A DNA stretch of 62,305 nt from Pseudomonadota bacterium (lineage in GTDB: Bacteria > Pseudomonadota > Gammaproteobacteria > Burkholderiales > Burkholderiaceae_D): the NCBI GenBank assembly GCA_023392035.1, contig JAEVZY010000357.1, positions 1 to 62,305 on the forward strand, written 5' to 3'. Positions 40,765-52,573 of the stretch are shown piece after piece. The notes under the pieces were generated by a model. The model made no database searches and was not told the origin of the DNA. It saw only the letters and a program-made list of their open reading frames with translations. Made by a program: the position numbers and the translations under genes. The stretch's first letter is position 1. Each line of letters opens with the position of its first letter.

Positions 40765-41646
40765 ATGCTGGAGCGCATTCATCTGGAGATCATCCAGGAA
40801 GTCGAGAACCAGGGCTCGCTGACCGCGGCGGCCGACGTGCTGTGCCTGACGCAATCGGCCCTGAGCCACACCATGCGCAAGCTGGAACAGCAACTGGGCA
40901 GCGCGGTCTGGCTGCGCGAGGGACGCAGCCTGCGCCTGACCCAGGCCGGCGCGTATCTGCTGGCCCTGGCCGGCCGCGTGCTGCCGCAGCTCAAGCTGGC
41001 GGAGGAACGCATGCTGCAGTTCGCGCGCGGCCAGCGCGGCACGCTGCGCATCGGCATGGAGTGCCATCCCTGCTATCAATGGCTGTTGCGGGTGGTCTCG
41101 CCTTACCTGGCGGCCTGGCCGGATGTGGATGTGGACGTCAAGCAGAAATTCCAGTTCGGCGGCATCGGCGCCCTGTTTGCCCATGAGATCGATCTGCTGG
41201 TGACGCCCGATCCGCTGTTCAGGTCCGGCCTGCATTTCGAGCCGGTCTTCGACTATGAGCAAGTGCTGGTGGTGGCAAGCGGCCATGCGCTGGCCGGCAA
41301 GAAATTCATCAAGCCGCAGGAGCTGGCGCAGGAGACCTTGATCACTTATCCGGTGGACATTGACCGGCTGGATATCTTCACGCAATTCCTGTTGCCAGCG
41401 GGCGTGCGGCCGATGCGCCACAAGACCATAGAAACGACCGACATCATGCTGCAGATGGTGGCTGGCGGCCGCGGCGTGGCGGCGCTGCCGCGCTGGCTGG
41501 CGCAAGACTACGCGAACAAAATGGATCTGGTGCCGGTACAGCTTGGAAGCAAGGGCATCGCCAAGCAGATCTTTTTAGGGGCGCGCGTGTCCGACATCGA
41601 TACCGACTATGTGCGGGGATTCGTCGAACTGGCGCGCAAGTCCTAG
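40765..41646 (+). CDS. metR: LysR-family regulator MetR
   Basis: LTQSALSH HTH and ECHPCYQWL motif; divergent from metE. Confidence 0.93.
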   Translation: MLERIHLEIIQEVENQGSLTAAADVLCLTQSALSHTMRKLEQQLGSAVWLREGRSLRLTQAGAYLLALAGRVLPQLKLAEERMLQFARGQRGTLRIGMECHPCYQWLLRVVSPYLAAWPDVDVDVKQKFQFGGIGALFAHEIDLLVTPDPLFRSGLHFEPVFDYEQVLVVASGHALAGKKFIKPQELAQETLITYPVDIDRLDIFTQFLLPAGVRPMRHKTIETTDIMLQMVAGGRGVAALPRWLAQDYANKMDLVPVQLGSKGIAKQIFLGARVSDIDTDYVRGFVELARKS

Positions 41647-41744
41647 CCGGACCTTATACCCCCGAACCACCGCCGTCTGCCCGCCGCGCAGTGCTGCCGC
41701 GCGGCACTTTCCATAGGTTTTCCACACACGCGCCGCCAATTTCA

Positions 41745-41770
41745 ACAGGATTTTTACAGCCGTTTTTCTA
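41745..41770 (+). promoter_or_regulatory. Candidate KdpE-binding T-rich repeat
   Basis: TTTTTACA followed by TTTTTCTA at 12-bp spacing upstream of kdp; resembles the E. coli KdpE site. Confidence 0.45.
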
Positions 41771-41804
41771 CCATGGCATCCAGTCATTTCGCTGGAGAAC
41801 ACAC

Positions 41805-41900
41805 ATGGACTTCCTGTATGCCGCCGCCTTCGCCGGCATGTTTGCCCTGGCGCTCGGGCTGGCCTGGGGCTGCGCCCGCCTGATGGGGGGCGCGCAATGA
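41805..41900 (+). CDS. 31-aa single-TM peptide upstream of kdpF
   Basis: [39 protein letters not shown]; stop overlaps the kdpF ATG (ATGA). Confidence 0.7.
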   Translation: MDFLYAAAFAGMFALALGLAWGCARLMGGAQ

Positions 41901-41989
41901 TCGGCCTCTATTTCATCAGCGCCCTGGCGGCGCTGGGCCTCCTGGTCTACCTGATCGCAGCGCTGCTCAAGCCGGAGAACTTCTCATGA
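41897..41989 (+). CDS. kdpF: K+-transporting ATPase subunit F (not in the ORF track)
   Basis: [30 protein letters not shown], matching YL..ALL.PE.F; ATGA overlap with kdpA. Confidence 0.9.
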   Translation: MIGLYFISALAALGLLVYLIAALLKPENFS

Positions 41990-43770
41990 ATGCGCACGCC
42001 TGGATTCTTCTGTTGATTTACCTGGTGCTGCTCCTGCTGGCGGCCAGGCCTCTGGGGCGCTACATCGCCAATGTGATGGAAGGCCGGCCCGGCCTGGCGC
42101 TGCGTATCGGCGCGCCGCTTGAATCGCTGGTCTATCGCGCGGCCGGCGTAAAACGCGAAGACGAAATGAACTGGCTGCACTACGCCATCGCCATTCTCTT
42201 CTTCAATCTTCTCGGTTTCGTGGCCGTGTATGCGCTGCAGCGCCTGCAGGCTTTCCTGCCGCTGAATCCGGCCGCCATGGGCGCGGTCACGCCGGACTCA
42301 TCCTTCAATACCGCGGTCAGCTTTGTCTCCAATACCAACTGGCAGGGGTACAGCGGCGAGTCCACCATGTCCTACCTGACCCAGATGCTGGGGCTGGCGG
42401 TGCAGAACTTCCTCTCCGCCGCCACCGGCATCGCGGTCGTGATCGCGCTGATCCGCGGCTTTGCCCGGCACACGGCAAATACCATAGGCAACGCCTGGGT
42501 CGACCTCACCCGCATCACGCTCTATGTCCTGCTGCCGATTTCGCTGGTGTACGCATGCTTCCTGATGAGCCAGGGCGTGATCCAGAACTTCGACGCCTAC
42601 AAGGATGTGAGCACGCTGCAAGCCACCCACTACGACCAGCCCAGGCTCGATCAGGCCGGACAGCCGCTCAAGGATGAGAAAGGCAATGCAGTCACGCAAG
42701 CCGCCAGCACGCAAACCCAGACCCTGCCCATGGGCCCGGTGGCATCGCAGGAAGCGATCAAGCAGCTGGGCACCAATGGCGGCGGCTTCTTCAATGCCAA
42801 CGCGGCACATCCCTTCGAAAACCCGACTGCGCTGTCCAACCTGGCGCACATGCTGGCGATCTTCCTGATTCCGGCGGCGCTGTGCCTGAGCTTCGGACGC
42901 ATGGTCGGGGATGAGCGGCAGGGATGGGCGGTGCTGGCGACCATGACGATCCTCTTCATTGTGATGGTGGTGGTTGCCACCCACTTCGAATCTCAAGCCA
43001 ATCCCCTAATCGACAAGCTCGGCGTGCTCAACAGCAGCAACATGGAAGGCAAGGAAACCCGCTTCGGGATCACCGACTCCAGCCTGTTCGCGGTCATCAC
43101 CACGCTGGCTTCCTGCGGCGCCGTGAATGCCATGCACGACTCCTTCATGCCCATGGGCGGCTTCGTGCCGCTGTGGAACATGATGCTGGGCGAAGTGGTG
43201 TTCGGGGGCGTCGGTTCCGGCCTGTACGGCATGCTGGTATTTGCCATCATGGCGGTATTCATCGCCGGCCTGATGATCGGCCGCACGCCCGAATACATCG
43301 GCAAGAAGATCGAAGCGTTCGACATGAAGATGGTGTCCATCGCCATCCTGGTGACTCCCCTGCTGGTATTGGGCGGCACTGCCATTGCCGTCAGCGTGGC
43401 ACCGGGCGTGGCTGGCGTAGCCAACCCCGGCACCCACGGCTTTTCCGAAATCCTGTACGCCTTCACTTCGGCCGCCAACAACAATGGCAGCGCCTTCGCC
43501 GGGCTGTCGGCCAACACGCCTTTCTACAACTTCATGCTGGCCATCGCCATGTGGTTCGGCCGCTTCGGCGTAATCGTGCCGGTGCTGGCACTGGCCGGCT
43601 CGCTGGCCGCCAAAAAGCGCATTGCCACCAGCGCCGGAACCATGCCCACGCATGGCCCGCTGTTCGTGGTGCTGTTGATCGGTACCGTGTTGCTGGTGGG
43701 CGCCCTGAACTATGTCCCCGCGCTGGCCCTGGGTCCGGTGGTGGAGCACTTGACGCTGATGCCGCGCTGA
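41986..43770 (+). CDS. kdpA: K+-transporting ATPase subunit A
   Basis: NTNWQGY, LGTNGGG, GGVGSG and ANNNGSAF filter motifs. Confidence 0.97.
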   Translation: MNAHAWILLLIYLVLLLLAARPLGRYIANVMEGRPGLALRIGAPLESLVYRAAGVKREDEMNWLHYAIAILFFNLLGFVAVYALQRLQAFLPLNPAAMGAVTPDSSFNTAVSFVSNTNWQGYSGESTMSYLTQMLGLAVQNFLSAATGIAVVIALIRGFARHTANTIGNAWVDLTRITLYVLLPISLVYACFLMSQGVIQNFDAYKDVSTLQATHYDQPRLDQAGQPLKDEKGNAVTQAASTQTQTLPMGPVASQEAIKQLGTNGGGFFNANAAHPFENPTALSNLAHMLAIFLIPAALCLSFGRMVGDERQGWAVLATMTILFIVMVVVATHFESQANPLIDKLGVLNSSNMEGKETRFGITDSSLFAVITTLASCGAVNAMHDSFMPMGGFVPLWNMMLGEVVFGGVGSGLYGMLVFAIMAVFIAGLMIGRTPEYIGKKIEAFDMKMVSIAILVTPLLVLGGTAIAVSVAPGVAGVANPGTHGFSEILYAFTSAANNNGSAFAGLSANTPFYNFMLAIAMWFGRFGVIVPVLALAGSLAAKKRIATSAGTMPTHGPLFVVLLIGTVLLVGALNYVPALALGPVVEHLTLMPR

Positions 43771-43786
43771 GCCGGGAGAAAAAATC

Positions 43787-45964
43787 ATGTCTCGAAAAAA
43801 ATTGACCATGTTCGACCCGGTGCTGGTGAAGCCCGCGATCATCGACTCCTTCAAAAAATTGACCCCGGCCGTGCAATGGCGCAATCCGGTGATGTTCGTA
43901 GTGTATGTCGGCAGCATCCTCACCACCCTGCTCTGGATCCAGGCCCTGGGCGGAAACGGCGAAGCGCCGGCCGCTTTCATCCTCGCCATTGCGCTCTGGC
44001 TGTGGTTCACCGTCCTGTTTGCCAACTTCGCGGAAGCCCTGGCCGAAGGGCGCAGCAAGGCGCAGGCGGCCTCCCTGCGCACCCTGAAGCGCGATACCTT
44101 TGCCATGAAACTCGATGCGCCGCACTATGACGCCAAGCGGCTGCCGGTGCCCTCCACCGATCTGCGCCGCGGAATGTTCGTGATCGTCAATGCCGGCGAG
44201 ATCATTCCGGCCGATGGCGAGGTGGTGGACGGCGTCGCTTCGGTCGACGAGTCCGCCATAACGGGCGAATCGGCGCCGGTCATCCGCGAATCCGGCGGCG
44301 ACTTCTCGGCCGTGACCGGCGGCACCCGCGTGCTTTCCGACTGGCTGGTGATCCGGGTCACGGTCAACCCCGGCGAAACCTTCGTCGACCGCATGATAGC
44401 GATGGTGGAAAGCGCCAAGCGCCAGAAGACCCCGAACGAAATTGCATTGACCATTCTGCTGGTGGCCCTGACCATCGTCTTCCTCGGCGTGACGGTGACC
44501 ATGCTGCCGTTCTCGATGTTCTCGGTTGCGGTCACCCGATCCGGCGCGCCGGTCAGCGTGACGGTGCTGATTGCGCTCCTGGTGTGCCTGATTCCCACCA
44601 CCATTGCCGGCTTGCTGTCGGCCATCGGCGTGGCCGGCATGAGCCGCATGATGCAGGCCAATGTCATCGCCACCTCCGGCCGCGCGGTGGAAGCGGCGGG
44701 CGACGTCGACATCCTGCTGATGGACAAGACCGGCACCATCACCCTGGGCAACCGCCAGGCGGCGGCCTTCATTCCGGCCGAGGGCGTGAACGAACGCGAG
44801 CTGGCCAACGCCGCGCAACTGGCGTCGCTGGCCGATGAAACGCCCGAAGGCCGCAGCGTGGTGGTGCTGGCCAAGCAGAAATTCAACCTGCGCGAACGCG
44901 ACATTCATTCGCTGGAGGCGCACTTCCAGCATTTCTCGGCCCAGACCCGCATGAGCGGGGTCGATCTGCATCGCGGCGCCATGCCGGGCGCAGCGCAGGA
45001 AAGTTCGCCGGCGCAAAGCCATGGCAGTGCCGCCCAGCAGGCAGAACTGGCCATCGCCGGCGCCCGCCTCGGCACGCTGGACATGGTACGCATCCGCAAG
45101 GGTGCGGCGGACGCCATCCGCAAGCATGTGGAAAGCTGCGGCGGCACGTTCCCCGCTTCGGTCCAGGCCACGGTTGACACGGTTGCCCGCAAAGGCAGCA
45201 CGCCGCTGGTGGTGGCGCAGGACGATCGGGTGCTGGGTGTGGTGGAACTCAAGGATGTCGTCAAGGGCGGCATCAAGGAACGCTTTGCCGAATTGCGCCG
45301 CATGGGCATCCGCACCATCATGATCACCGGCGACAATCGCCTGACGGCAGCGGCAATTGCCGCCGAAGCCGGGGTCGACGATTTCCTGGCCGAAGCCACG
45401 CCCGAAGCCAAGCTGGCCCTGATCCGCCAGCACCAGGCCGAAGGCCGGCTGGTGGCGATGACCGGCGACGGCACCAACGACGCCCCTGCCCTGGCCCAGG
45501 CCGACGTAGCGGTGGCCATGAATACCGGCACCCAGGCCGCCAAGGAAGCCGGCAACATGGTCGACCTCGATTCCAATCCGACCAAGCTGATCGAGGTGGT
45601 GGAAACCGGCAAGCAGATGCTGATGACGCGCGGCTCGCTCACCACCTTTTCGATTGCCAACGACGTCGCCAAGTATTTCGCCATCATTCCGGCGGCCTTC
45701 GTCACCACCTATCCGCAGCTGGGCGCGCTGAACGTGATGGGGCTGGCCACGCCGAACTCGGCCATCCTGTCGGCGGTGATCTTCAACGCCCTGATCATCA
45801 TGTTCCTCATCCCGCTGGCCTTGAAGGGCGTGCGGTACCGGGCGCTGGGCGCGGCCATGCTGTTGCGGCGCAATCTGCTGGTCTACGGCCTGGGCGGCCT
45901 GATCGCGCCCTTCGTCGGCATCAAGCTGATCGACACGCTGCTGGTCCTGTTCCACCTGGCCTGA
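43787..45964 (+). CDS. kdpB: K+-transporting ATPase subunit B
   Basis: TGES, CLIPTTI, DKTGT and GDGTND motifs. Confidence 0.97.
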   Translation: MSRKKLTMFDPVLVKPAIIDSFKKLTPAVQWRNPVMFVVYVGSILTTLLWIQALGGNGEAPAAFILAIALWLWFTVLFANFAEALAEGRSKAQAASLRTLKRDTFAMKLDAPHYDAKRLPVPSTDLRRGMFVIVNAGEIIPADGEVVDGVASVDESAITGESAPVIRESGGDFSAVTGGTRVLSDWLVIRVTVNPGETFVDRMIAMVESAKRQKTPNEIALTILLVALTIVFLGVTVTMLPFSMFSVAVTRSGAPVSVTVLIALLVCLIPTTIAGLLSAIGVAGMSRMMQANVIATSGRAVEAAGDVDILLMDKTGTITLGNRQAAAFIPAEGVNERELANAAQLASLADETPEGRSVVVLAKQKFNLRERDIHSLEAHFQHFSAQTRMSGVDLHRGAMPGAAQESSPAQSHGSAAQQAELAIAGARLGTLDMVRIRKGAADAIRKHVESCGGTFPASVQATVDTVARKGSTPLVVAQDDRVLGVVELKDVVKGGIKERFAELRRMGIRTIMITGDNRLTAAAIAAEAGVDDFLAEATPEAKLALIRQHQAEGRLVAMTGDGTNDAPALAQADVAVAMNTGTQAAKEAGNMVDLDSNPTKLIEVVETGKQMLMTRGSLTTFSIANDVAKYFAIIPAAFVTTYPQLGALNVMGLATPNSAILSAVIFNALIIMFLIPLALKGVRYRALGAAMLLRRNLLVYGLGGLIAPFVGIKLIDTLLVLFHLA

Positions 45965-45975
45965 AAGGAGTTGCC

Positions 45976-46545
45976 ATGAACCTGATTCGTCCCTCCATCA
46001 CCGTATTCGTCGCGCTGTCGCTGGCAAGCGGCGTGGTGTATCCGCTGCTGACAACCGGCATAGGGAAGTTGGCCTTCCCCGAGCAGGCGGCCGGCAGCTT
46101 GATCATCAAGGATGGCAAGGCTGTCGGCTCCAGCCTGATCGGCCAGAACTTTGCCGAACCCAAATACTTCTGGGGCCGCCCTTCGGCCACCTCGCCGCAG
46201 CCGTACAACGCCAGCGCCTCCTCCGGCTCCAACCAGGGACCGTCAAATCCGGCGCTGATGGATGCGGTCAAGGCGCGCGTGGCGGCCTTGCATGACGCCG
46301 ATCCGGGGAACAGCAAGCCGGTGCCGGTCGATCTCGTCACGGCCTCGGCCAGCGGGCTGGACCCGCACATCAGTCCCGCCGCTGCCCAATACCAGCTCGA
46401 GCGCGTGGCCCGCGTGCGCCAACTGCCGCCGGAGACGGTGCGGCAACTGGTGGAACGCAACACGCAAGGACGGCAACTGGGATTGTTCGGCGAAGCGCGA
46501 GTCAACGTGCTGAAGCTGAACCTGGACCTGGACGCCGCGCGCTGA
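45976..46545 (+). CDS. kdpC: K+-transporting ATPase subunit C
   Basis: GSSLIGQ, YFWGRPS and [10 protein letters not shown] motifs. Confidence 0.96.
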   Translation: MNLIRPSITVFVALSLASGVVYPLLTTGIGKLAFPEQAAGSLIIKDGKAVGSSLIGQNFAEPKYFWGRPSATSPQPYNASASSGSNQGPSNPALMDAVKARVAALHDADPGNSKPVPVDLVTASASGLDPHISPAAAQYQLERVARVRQLPPETVRQLVERNTQGRQLGLFGEARVNVLKLNLDLDAAR

Positions 46546-46670
46546 TGCGGCGCCGGTGAACCACGCGGCACGGGTTCGAAGCACGCTCAATACAAGCTCA
46601 AGGAACCGAGAGTAAAACAGGCAATGAAAATCCCGGCACATCTTGCGGCACTCTTGCACAAGGACGCATC

Positions 46671-49382
46671 ATGACCAACGAGCGGCCCAGTCCGGAACAG
46701 CTGCTGGACATGATCAATGCCGAGCAGGCCCGCGCCGCGCGCGGCCGGCTCAAGATTTTTTTCGGCGCGTCTGCCGGCGTCGGCAAGACCTACGCCATGC
46801 TGAATGCGGCGCGGGCCCAGGCCGCCCAGGGCATCGAGGTGCTGGTCGGCATCGTCGAGACCCATGGCCGCAAGGAAACCGAAGCCTTGCTGGAGGGGCT
46901 GCCAGCGCTGCCCCTGAAGGAAATCTCGTATCGGGACAAACAGCTCAGGGAGTTTGATCTCGACGGCGCGCTGGCACGCAAGCCGCAGTTGATCCTGGTG
47001 GACGAGTTGGCGCACTCCAATGTGCCGGGCTCACGCCACCCGAAACGCTGGCAGGACATCGAGGAATTGCTGGCGGCCGGCATCGATGTCTACACCACGG
47101 TCAATGTCCAGCATCTGGAAACGCTGAACGACATCATCAGCGGCATCACCGGCATCAAGGTGTGGGAGACCTTGCCCGACCGCGTGTTCGACATGGCCGA
47201 TGAAGTGGTGATCGTCGACCTGCCGCCCGATGAACTGCTGCAGCGCCTGAAGGAAGGCAAGGTCTATCTCGGCAACCAGGCCGAGCGCGCGATCCAGAAC
47301 TTTTTCCGCAAGGGCAACCTGATCGCCCTGCGCGAACTGGCCTTGCGCCGCACCGCCGACCGGGTCGATACCCAAGTGCGCCAATACCGGCGCGAACAGT
47401 CGGTGGCGCCGGTCTGGCAAACCCGGCAAGCGCTGCTGGCTTGCGTGGGCCCCGGCGAGCGCGGCGCGCGGGTGGCGCGCAATGCCGCGCGCATGGCTTC
47501 GCAAATGAATGCCGACTGGCATGCGGTCTACGTGGAAACGCCGGAACTGGAACACCTGCCCGCCGGCGCTCGCCGCGAGGTGATGGAAAACCTGAAGCTG
47601 GCCTCCAAGCTCGGCGCCGAAACGGCGGTCTTGTCCGGCAACGACGCCGCCGCCGAAGCCGCCATCTATGCCCGCAAGCACAATCTCACCAAGCTGATCG
47701 TCGGCCGGCCGCAGCGCAAGCGCTGGGCCTGGCAGCGTTCCTTCGCCCAGGAACTGGCGGTCAAGGCGCCGGACATCGACTTGATCCAGGCTTCGCAAGA
47801 AAACGCGGCCGGCCCGGCACGGCCAACGGTGGTGGAACAGTTCCAGTCCCTCGAGCATCGCGCCTCATGGCAGGCCTATGCCAAGAGCGCCCTGATCAGC
47901 GCCATTGCCGCCTTGCTGGCCGCGCCCTTGCACACCTTCTTCGACCTGACCAACATCGCCATGGTGTTCCTGCTGGCGGTGGTGATCGTCGCCTCGCGTT
48001 ATGGATTCGGCCCTTCGGTGATGGCGACTTTCCTGAATGTGGCCGCGTTCGACTTTTTCTACGTGCCGCCGCGCTACACCTTCGCCGTCAGCGATGCGCA
48101 ATACATCCTCACCTTTGGCGTCATGCTGGGCGTGGGCCTGCTGACGGCGCACCTGACCACCGGCCTCAAATACCAGGCCAATGTGGCCAGCAGTCGCGAG
48201 AACCGGGTGCGCGCCCTGTATGAAATGTCGCGCGAACTGTCGGCCGCGCTGATGCTTGAGCAAATTGCCGAGATCAGCCAGCGCTTTGCCATGACCGAGT
48301 TCAAGGCGCGCGCCAGCATCTTCATTGCCGACGATGCCGACCAGTTGCAGGAAGTGACCGGCAATCCGGAATTCCATTGCACGGCCGACCCCAATATCGC
48401 CCATTGGGCCTTCGAGCACGCCAGCGAGGCCGGCTGGGGCACCGACACCCTGCCCGGCAGCGCTGTCCTGTATCTTCCGCTCAAGGCGCCGATGCGCGCG
48501 CGCGGCGTGCTGGCGCTGCAACCCGAGCTGGCGGCCAGGACCATGTCGCCCGAGCAAAGCCGCTTGCTGGATACCTTCGCCCGCCTGATCGCCATTTCGA
48601 TCGAGCGCGTCCACTACGTCGAGGTGGCGCAATCCACGACAGTGCAGATGGAATCGGAACGGCTGCGCAATTCGCTGCTGTCGGCCATTTCGCATGACCT
48701 GCGCACGCCGCTGGCGGCGGTCGCCGGCCTGGCCGAATCTTTCCGCTATACCGAGCCGCCGCCGACCCGCCAGCAAACCGAGATCGCCGCTTTGCTGAAG
48801 GACGAGGCCATGCGCCTGAACTCGCTGGTCAACAATTTGCTGGACATGGCGCGGCTGCAATCCGGCACCGTGAAATTGAACCGGCAATGGCAACCGGTGG
48901 AGGAAGTGATCGGTTGCGCCATCAAGGCTTGCGCGGCGCAACTGGGCGGGCATGCGGTGAACGTCACGCTGCCGCCGGACTTGCCCCTGCTCGAATTCGA
49001 CCAGGCGCTGATTGAACGGGTGCTGTGCAACCTGCTCGAAAACGCGGCCAAGTATGCCGGCACAGCGAGCCGGATAGAAATCCGGGCGCGGGCCAAGGAC
49101 ACCGAAGTCAAGATCTGGGTGCAGGACAATGGCCCCGGCCTGCCGGCCGGCATGGAAGAGGCCATCTTCGAGAAATTCGCGCGCGGCCAGACGGAGAGCG
49201 CCACGCCCGGAGTCGGCCTCGGCCTGGCGATCTGCCGCTCGATCATGCAGGCGCATGGCGGCGCTATCAAGGCAGAGAACCGGCCCGAAGGCGGCGCGCG
49301 CTTCACCCTGTTGCTGCCCCTTGGCCAGCCCCCTGCGCTGGCGGCCGAAGACCCAAGCATTGATGCGGAGGCAAACAAGTGA
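46671..49382 (+). CDS. kdpD: Sensor kinase KdpD
   Basis: GVGKTYAML, VDELAHSN, Usp, TM and GAF regions, SHDLRTPL. Confidence 0.96.
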   Translation: MTNERPSPEQLLDMINAEQARAARGRLKIFFGASAGVGKTYAMLNAARAQAAQGIEVLVGIVETHGRKETEALLEGLPALPLKEISYRDKQLREFDLDGALARKPQLILVDELAHSNVPGSRHPKRWQDIEELLAAGIDVYTTVNVQHLETLNDIISGITGIKVWETLPDRVFDMADEVVIVDLPPDELLQRLKEGKVYLGNQAERAIQNFFRKGNLIALRELALRRTADRVDTQVRQYRREQSVAPVWQTRQALLACVGPGERGARVARNAARMASQMNADWHAVYVETPELEHLPAGARREVMENLKLASKLGAETAVLSGNDAAAEAAIYARKHNLTKLIVGRPQRKRWAWQRSFAQELAVKAPDIDLIQASQENAAGPARPTVVEQFQSLEHRASWQAYAKSALISAIAALLAAPLHTFFDLTNIAMVFLLAVVIVASRYGFGPSVMATFLNVAAFDFFYVPPRYTFAVSDAQYILTFGVMLGVGLLTAHLTTGLKYQANVASSRENRVRALYEMSRELSAALMLEQIAEISQRFAMTEFKARASIFIADDADQLQEVTGNPEFHCTADPNIAHWAFEHASEAGWGTDTLPGSAVLYLPLKAPMRARGVLALQPELAARTMSPEQSRLLDTFARLIAISIERVHYVEVAQSTTVQMESERLRNSLLSAISHDLRTPLAAVAGLAESFRYTEPPPTRQQTEIAALLKDEAMRLNSLVNNLLDMARLQSGTVKLNRQWQPVEEVIGCAIKACAAQLGGHAVNVTLPPDLPLLEFDQALIERVLCNLLENAAKYAGTASRIEIRARAKDTEVKIWVQDNGPGLPAGMEEAIFEKFARGQTESATPGVGLGLAICRSIMQAHGGAIKAENRPEGGARFTLLLPLGQPPALAAEDPSIDAEANK

Positions 49383-50068
49383 GCAACCCCTCGCCCAGAA
49401 TCCTGGTGGTGGAGGACGAACCCCAGATCCGCCGTTTTGTCCGCATGTCGCTTGAAGCGCAAGGCTACGAAGTGCACGAGGCCGAGACCTTGCGCCGCGC
49501 GCTCGGGGAAGCCCACAGCCGGGTGCCCGATGTGATCGTGCTCGATCTCGGTCTGCCGGATGGCAACGGCACCGACTTCATCCGCGATTTGCGCAGCTGG
49601 TCCGAGGTGCCGGTGATTGTGCTGTCGGCCCGGACGGCGGAGCAGGACAAGGTACAGGCCCTGGACATGGGCGCCGACGATTACCTGACCAAGCCTTTCG
49701 GCGCTGACGAATTGTTGGCCCGAGTGAGAGCGCAGATTCGCCGTCGCCTGCGGGGATCGGGCGGGGAACACATCATCAGGTTCGGTACCGTCACCCTCGA
49801 TCTGGAGCGCCGCATCGTCGAGCGCGATGGCAAGGCGGTGCACCTGACGCCGATTGAATATCGCCTGCTGGCTTTCCTGGCCAGCAATCCGGATCGGGTC
49901 TTGACCAACCAGCAGTTGCTCAAGACCGTATGGGGCAGCGCCCACGCGGAAGACAGCCACTACGTGCGCTCCTACGTGGCATTCATCCGGAAGAAGATCG
50001 AGCAAGACCCGGCGCAACCGCGCCACATCCTGACCGAAACCGGCGTGGGCTATCGCTTTACGGCTTGA
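49379..50068 (+). CDS. kdpE: Response regulator KdpE
   Basis: LDLGLPD, GADDYLTKPF and TETGVGYR motifs. Confidence 0.95.
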   Translation: MSNPSPRILVVEDEPQIRRFVRMSLEAQGYEVHEAETLRRALGEAHSRVPDVIVLDLGLPDGNGTDFIRDLRSWSEVPVIVLSARTAEQDKVQALDMGADDYLTKPFGADELLARVRAQIRRRLRGSGGEHIIRFGTVTLDLERRIVERDGKAVHLTPIEYRLLAFLASNPDRVLTNQQLLKTVWGSAHAEDSHYVRSYVAFIRKKIEQDPAQPRHILTETGVGYRFTA

Positions 50069-50102
50069 GCGCTTCGGCTCAGCCCACGCATCGCAACGCG
50101 CC

Positions 50103-52475
50103 TCACATATCGAACTTCAGCTCCGCAAAATAGCTGCGCTGCGGATAGGGATGGAAGTTCCAGTACTGGTAGTTGTTCAGGTTGTCGATGCCGAAGGAGG
50201 CGGTCCACTGGCGCGCCACCTTGTATTGCAGGCGCAAGTCCATCACGAAGAACCGGCTGACGCCCATGTAGGTATAGCCGTTGACATCGCTGTTGTTCAA
50301 GGTCCGGTATTGGGTGCCGCTGTAGCGCGCGCCGAGCGAGCCGGTCCAGTGCTCATCGAAGCGATAGCTGGCCAGGGCGCTGGCGCGCCACTTGGGGATA
50401 TTCGGCTGCTGCTTGCCGATGGTATCGCCCGGCACCGCCACAAAGCCGGCATTGTCCTTGATGACTGAATCGGTGTAGGTGATGCTGCCCGAAAGATCCA
50501 GCCCGCGCTTGAATACATCGTAGCCGTTCCAAGCGGTCTCCAGGCCATTGGTCTGGATGCGGCCGACGTTCTGCACGCGGGTGATGTTCTTGTTGGCCAG
50601 CGGATCGAACAGCGTCTGCGAATACAGGGAATCGTGGGTGTTCTCGGAAAAGAAGGTCAGGCGCAACACGCTCTTGCTGAATGTCTTCTCCGCCGTCAGT
50701 TCCGAAGTCCATGAGGTTTCCGGCCTCAGGTTGGGATCGTTGATGAACTGCGAGTTGGTGGTGGAGGTGGCGCCATACAGCTCGGCCACCGTCGGCATGC
50801 GCACGGCGCGCCCGAGCGAGGCCTTCAACACGGTGTCCTGGCGCCATTGCCAGGACAGCGCGGCCTTGGGCGAGATGAAGTTCTCTTCACGCTTCGGATA
50901 GGCGGCATTGGCCGGATTGCCGACGCCGAAACTGGTGAAGCCATTGCTCGCGGTCCAGTTTTCGAAACGCGCGCCGAGCACGGTTTTCCAGCGCGGATGG
51001 AAAGTCCAGCTGTCTTGCGCATACAGGCTGCGCAGCATGGTGTCGCCGCCGACTTGATTGGCCAGGCTGCCGCCGCCATCGCTGATCCAGTTGCCGGCGA
51101 TGTTGGAGGTCAGGTAGTTCAGGGTGTAGCGGTCCTGCTGCACGCCGAAATCGACGATGTGCGGGCCGCTTATGCCGGTTGGGCGCCAGATGCCTTTCAA
51201 GGCCAGCGTGTTCCAGCCGGTGCCGCTGCCATCGGCAATCGTGCCCGGGCCGCCCGCCAAGGCGGTCGGCAAGCTGTTGCTGGCAGCGTTCTGGCGCTTG
51301 CTGTCCTTCTTGTATTGGTACAGGCTGGCGGCGGCTTCCCAGTCCCACACGCCCTTGGTGTGGCTCTTGACGGAGAAGCCGTGCATGGTGTGCGTCAGGC
51401 TTTCATTGGTGAGCGGGAAATCGGCGCCGCTCAAGGCCTGGCTGCCGGTGAAGGCGCTGCCGTTGATGTTGATCGGCCCGCTGTACACCGGCTGCCCGGC
51501 GGCGTCGCGCAGGTAAGACACCGGCCTGCCTTCGGACTGGTTCTGCCAGATGCCGAACAGGTAGGTGGCGCGCACGGTGGAGGTCAGGTCATAGGCCACT
51601 TTGACTTTGGCGTGATCCTGGATCGTGTGGTACTGGGTGCCGGTGCCCAGCACATAGATCGGGGCATTGTTCGGATTGCGGTCCAGCACCGCACCCGTCA
51701 CGGGCGTGCCGCCGGCACCGGCCACGCCATTGCTCAAGAGGCGGGTCGGAAAAGTCAGGGGCTGGCCCTGGCTGTCGGTGTGGTTGACGTTGACGAACCA
51801 GGACCAGTCGCCATTCCTGTTGCCCAGGGAAGCGCTGCTCTGCCAGGAATTGAAAGTGGTATTGGTGTTGTACAGGCTGAAGGGCTGCGACACGTAGCCG
51901 GCCTTGGCATGCCCTTCGAATTTGGTCGGCATGCGCGTGACGTAATCCACCACCGCGCCCACCGAATTGCCGGGATAGGCGGCCGAGAACGGGCCGTACA
52001 TGACATCCACCCGTTCAATCTCTTCCGGCGTCACCATGCCCCAGCGCGGCGGAAAGCTCAGTCCGCCGACGCCGTTTCCCAGGAAGTTGGACAGCAGGAT
52101 GCCATCGGCATACACGGCAGAGCGCGCACTGTTGCCGGTGCCCGAGGCGCGGCTGGAGAGGATGGCGTGGTTGTAATCGCCGATATAGCGCTTGCGCACC
52201 AGCAGGCTGGGGAGATATTTCAGGGCGTCGCCGCTGTCGGTGGCATTGATGCGGGTAGCCACCTCTTCCCCGCTCACCCCTTCCATGGTGGTGGGAATTT
52301 CCGAGGGCAAGGAGGACGGCGGTCCGGAATTGACGGTGACTGTGCCCAGGGTTTTGATAGGGCCATCGCTGGCTTCCTGTGCATTGGTTTGCTGCGCATT
52401 GGCAGCCTGACAGAAGGCGCCCATGTATATGGCGGCCAGCAGGGATGCCGTAATCGGCTTGAGTGCGGATTTCAT
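50103..52475 (-). CDS. TonB-dependent receptor
   Basis: Signal peptide from MKSALK; TonB-box-like TVTV; plug IERVDVMYGP; C-terminal DNLNN...ELKFDM. Confidence 0.93.
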   Translation of the reverse strand: MKSALKPITASLLAAIYMGAFCQAANAQQTNAQEASDGPIKTLGTVTVNSGPPSSLPSEIPTTMEGVSGEEVATRINATDSGDALKYLPSLLVRKRYIGDYNHAILSSRASGTGNSARSAVYADGILLSNFLGNGVGGLSFPPRWGMVTPEEIERVDVMYGPFSAAYPGNSVGAVVDYVTRMPTKFEGHAKAGYVSQPFSLYNTNTTFNSWQSSASLGNRNGDWSWFVNVNHTDSQGQPLTFPTRLLSNGVAGAGGTPVTGAVLDRNPNNAPIYVLGTGTQYHTIQDHAKVKVAYDLTSTVRATYLFGIWQNQSEGRPVSYLRDAAGQPVYSGPININGSAFTGSQALSGADFPLTNESLTHTMHGFSVKSHTKGVWDWEAAASLYQYKKDSKRQNAASNSLPTALAGGPGTIADGSGTGWNTLALKGIWRPTGISGPHIVDFGVQQDRYTLNYLTSNIAGNWISDGGGSLANQVGGDTMLRSLYAQDSWTFHPRWKTVLGARFENWTASNGFTSFGVGNPANAAYPKREENFISPKAALSWQWRQDTVLKASLGRAVRMPTVAELYGATSTTNSQFINDPNLRPETSWTSELTAEKTFSKSVLRLTFFSENTHDSLYSQTLFDPLANKNITRVQNVGRIQTNGLETAWNGYDVFKRGLDLSGSITYTDSVIKDNAGFVAVPGDTIGKQQPNIPKWRASALASYRFDEHWTGSLGARYSGTQYRTLNNSDVNGYTYMGVSRFFVMDLRLQYKVARQWTASFGIDNLNNYQYWNFHPYPQRSYFAELKFDM

Positions 52476-52573
52476 TTTCTTGTCGTCGGATTTCTGGACG
52501 CAAGGCGAGCGGCGTTGGCCAAGGCCTTGCATTGCTTTGCATTGCATGCGCCGCTGGCGGCGCCAGTCAGCAA

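Noticed and set aside
43532..45955. 807-aa minus-strand ORF
   Set aside because: Antisense shadow of kdpB.
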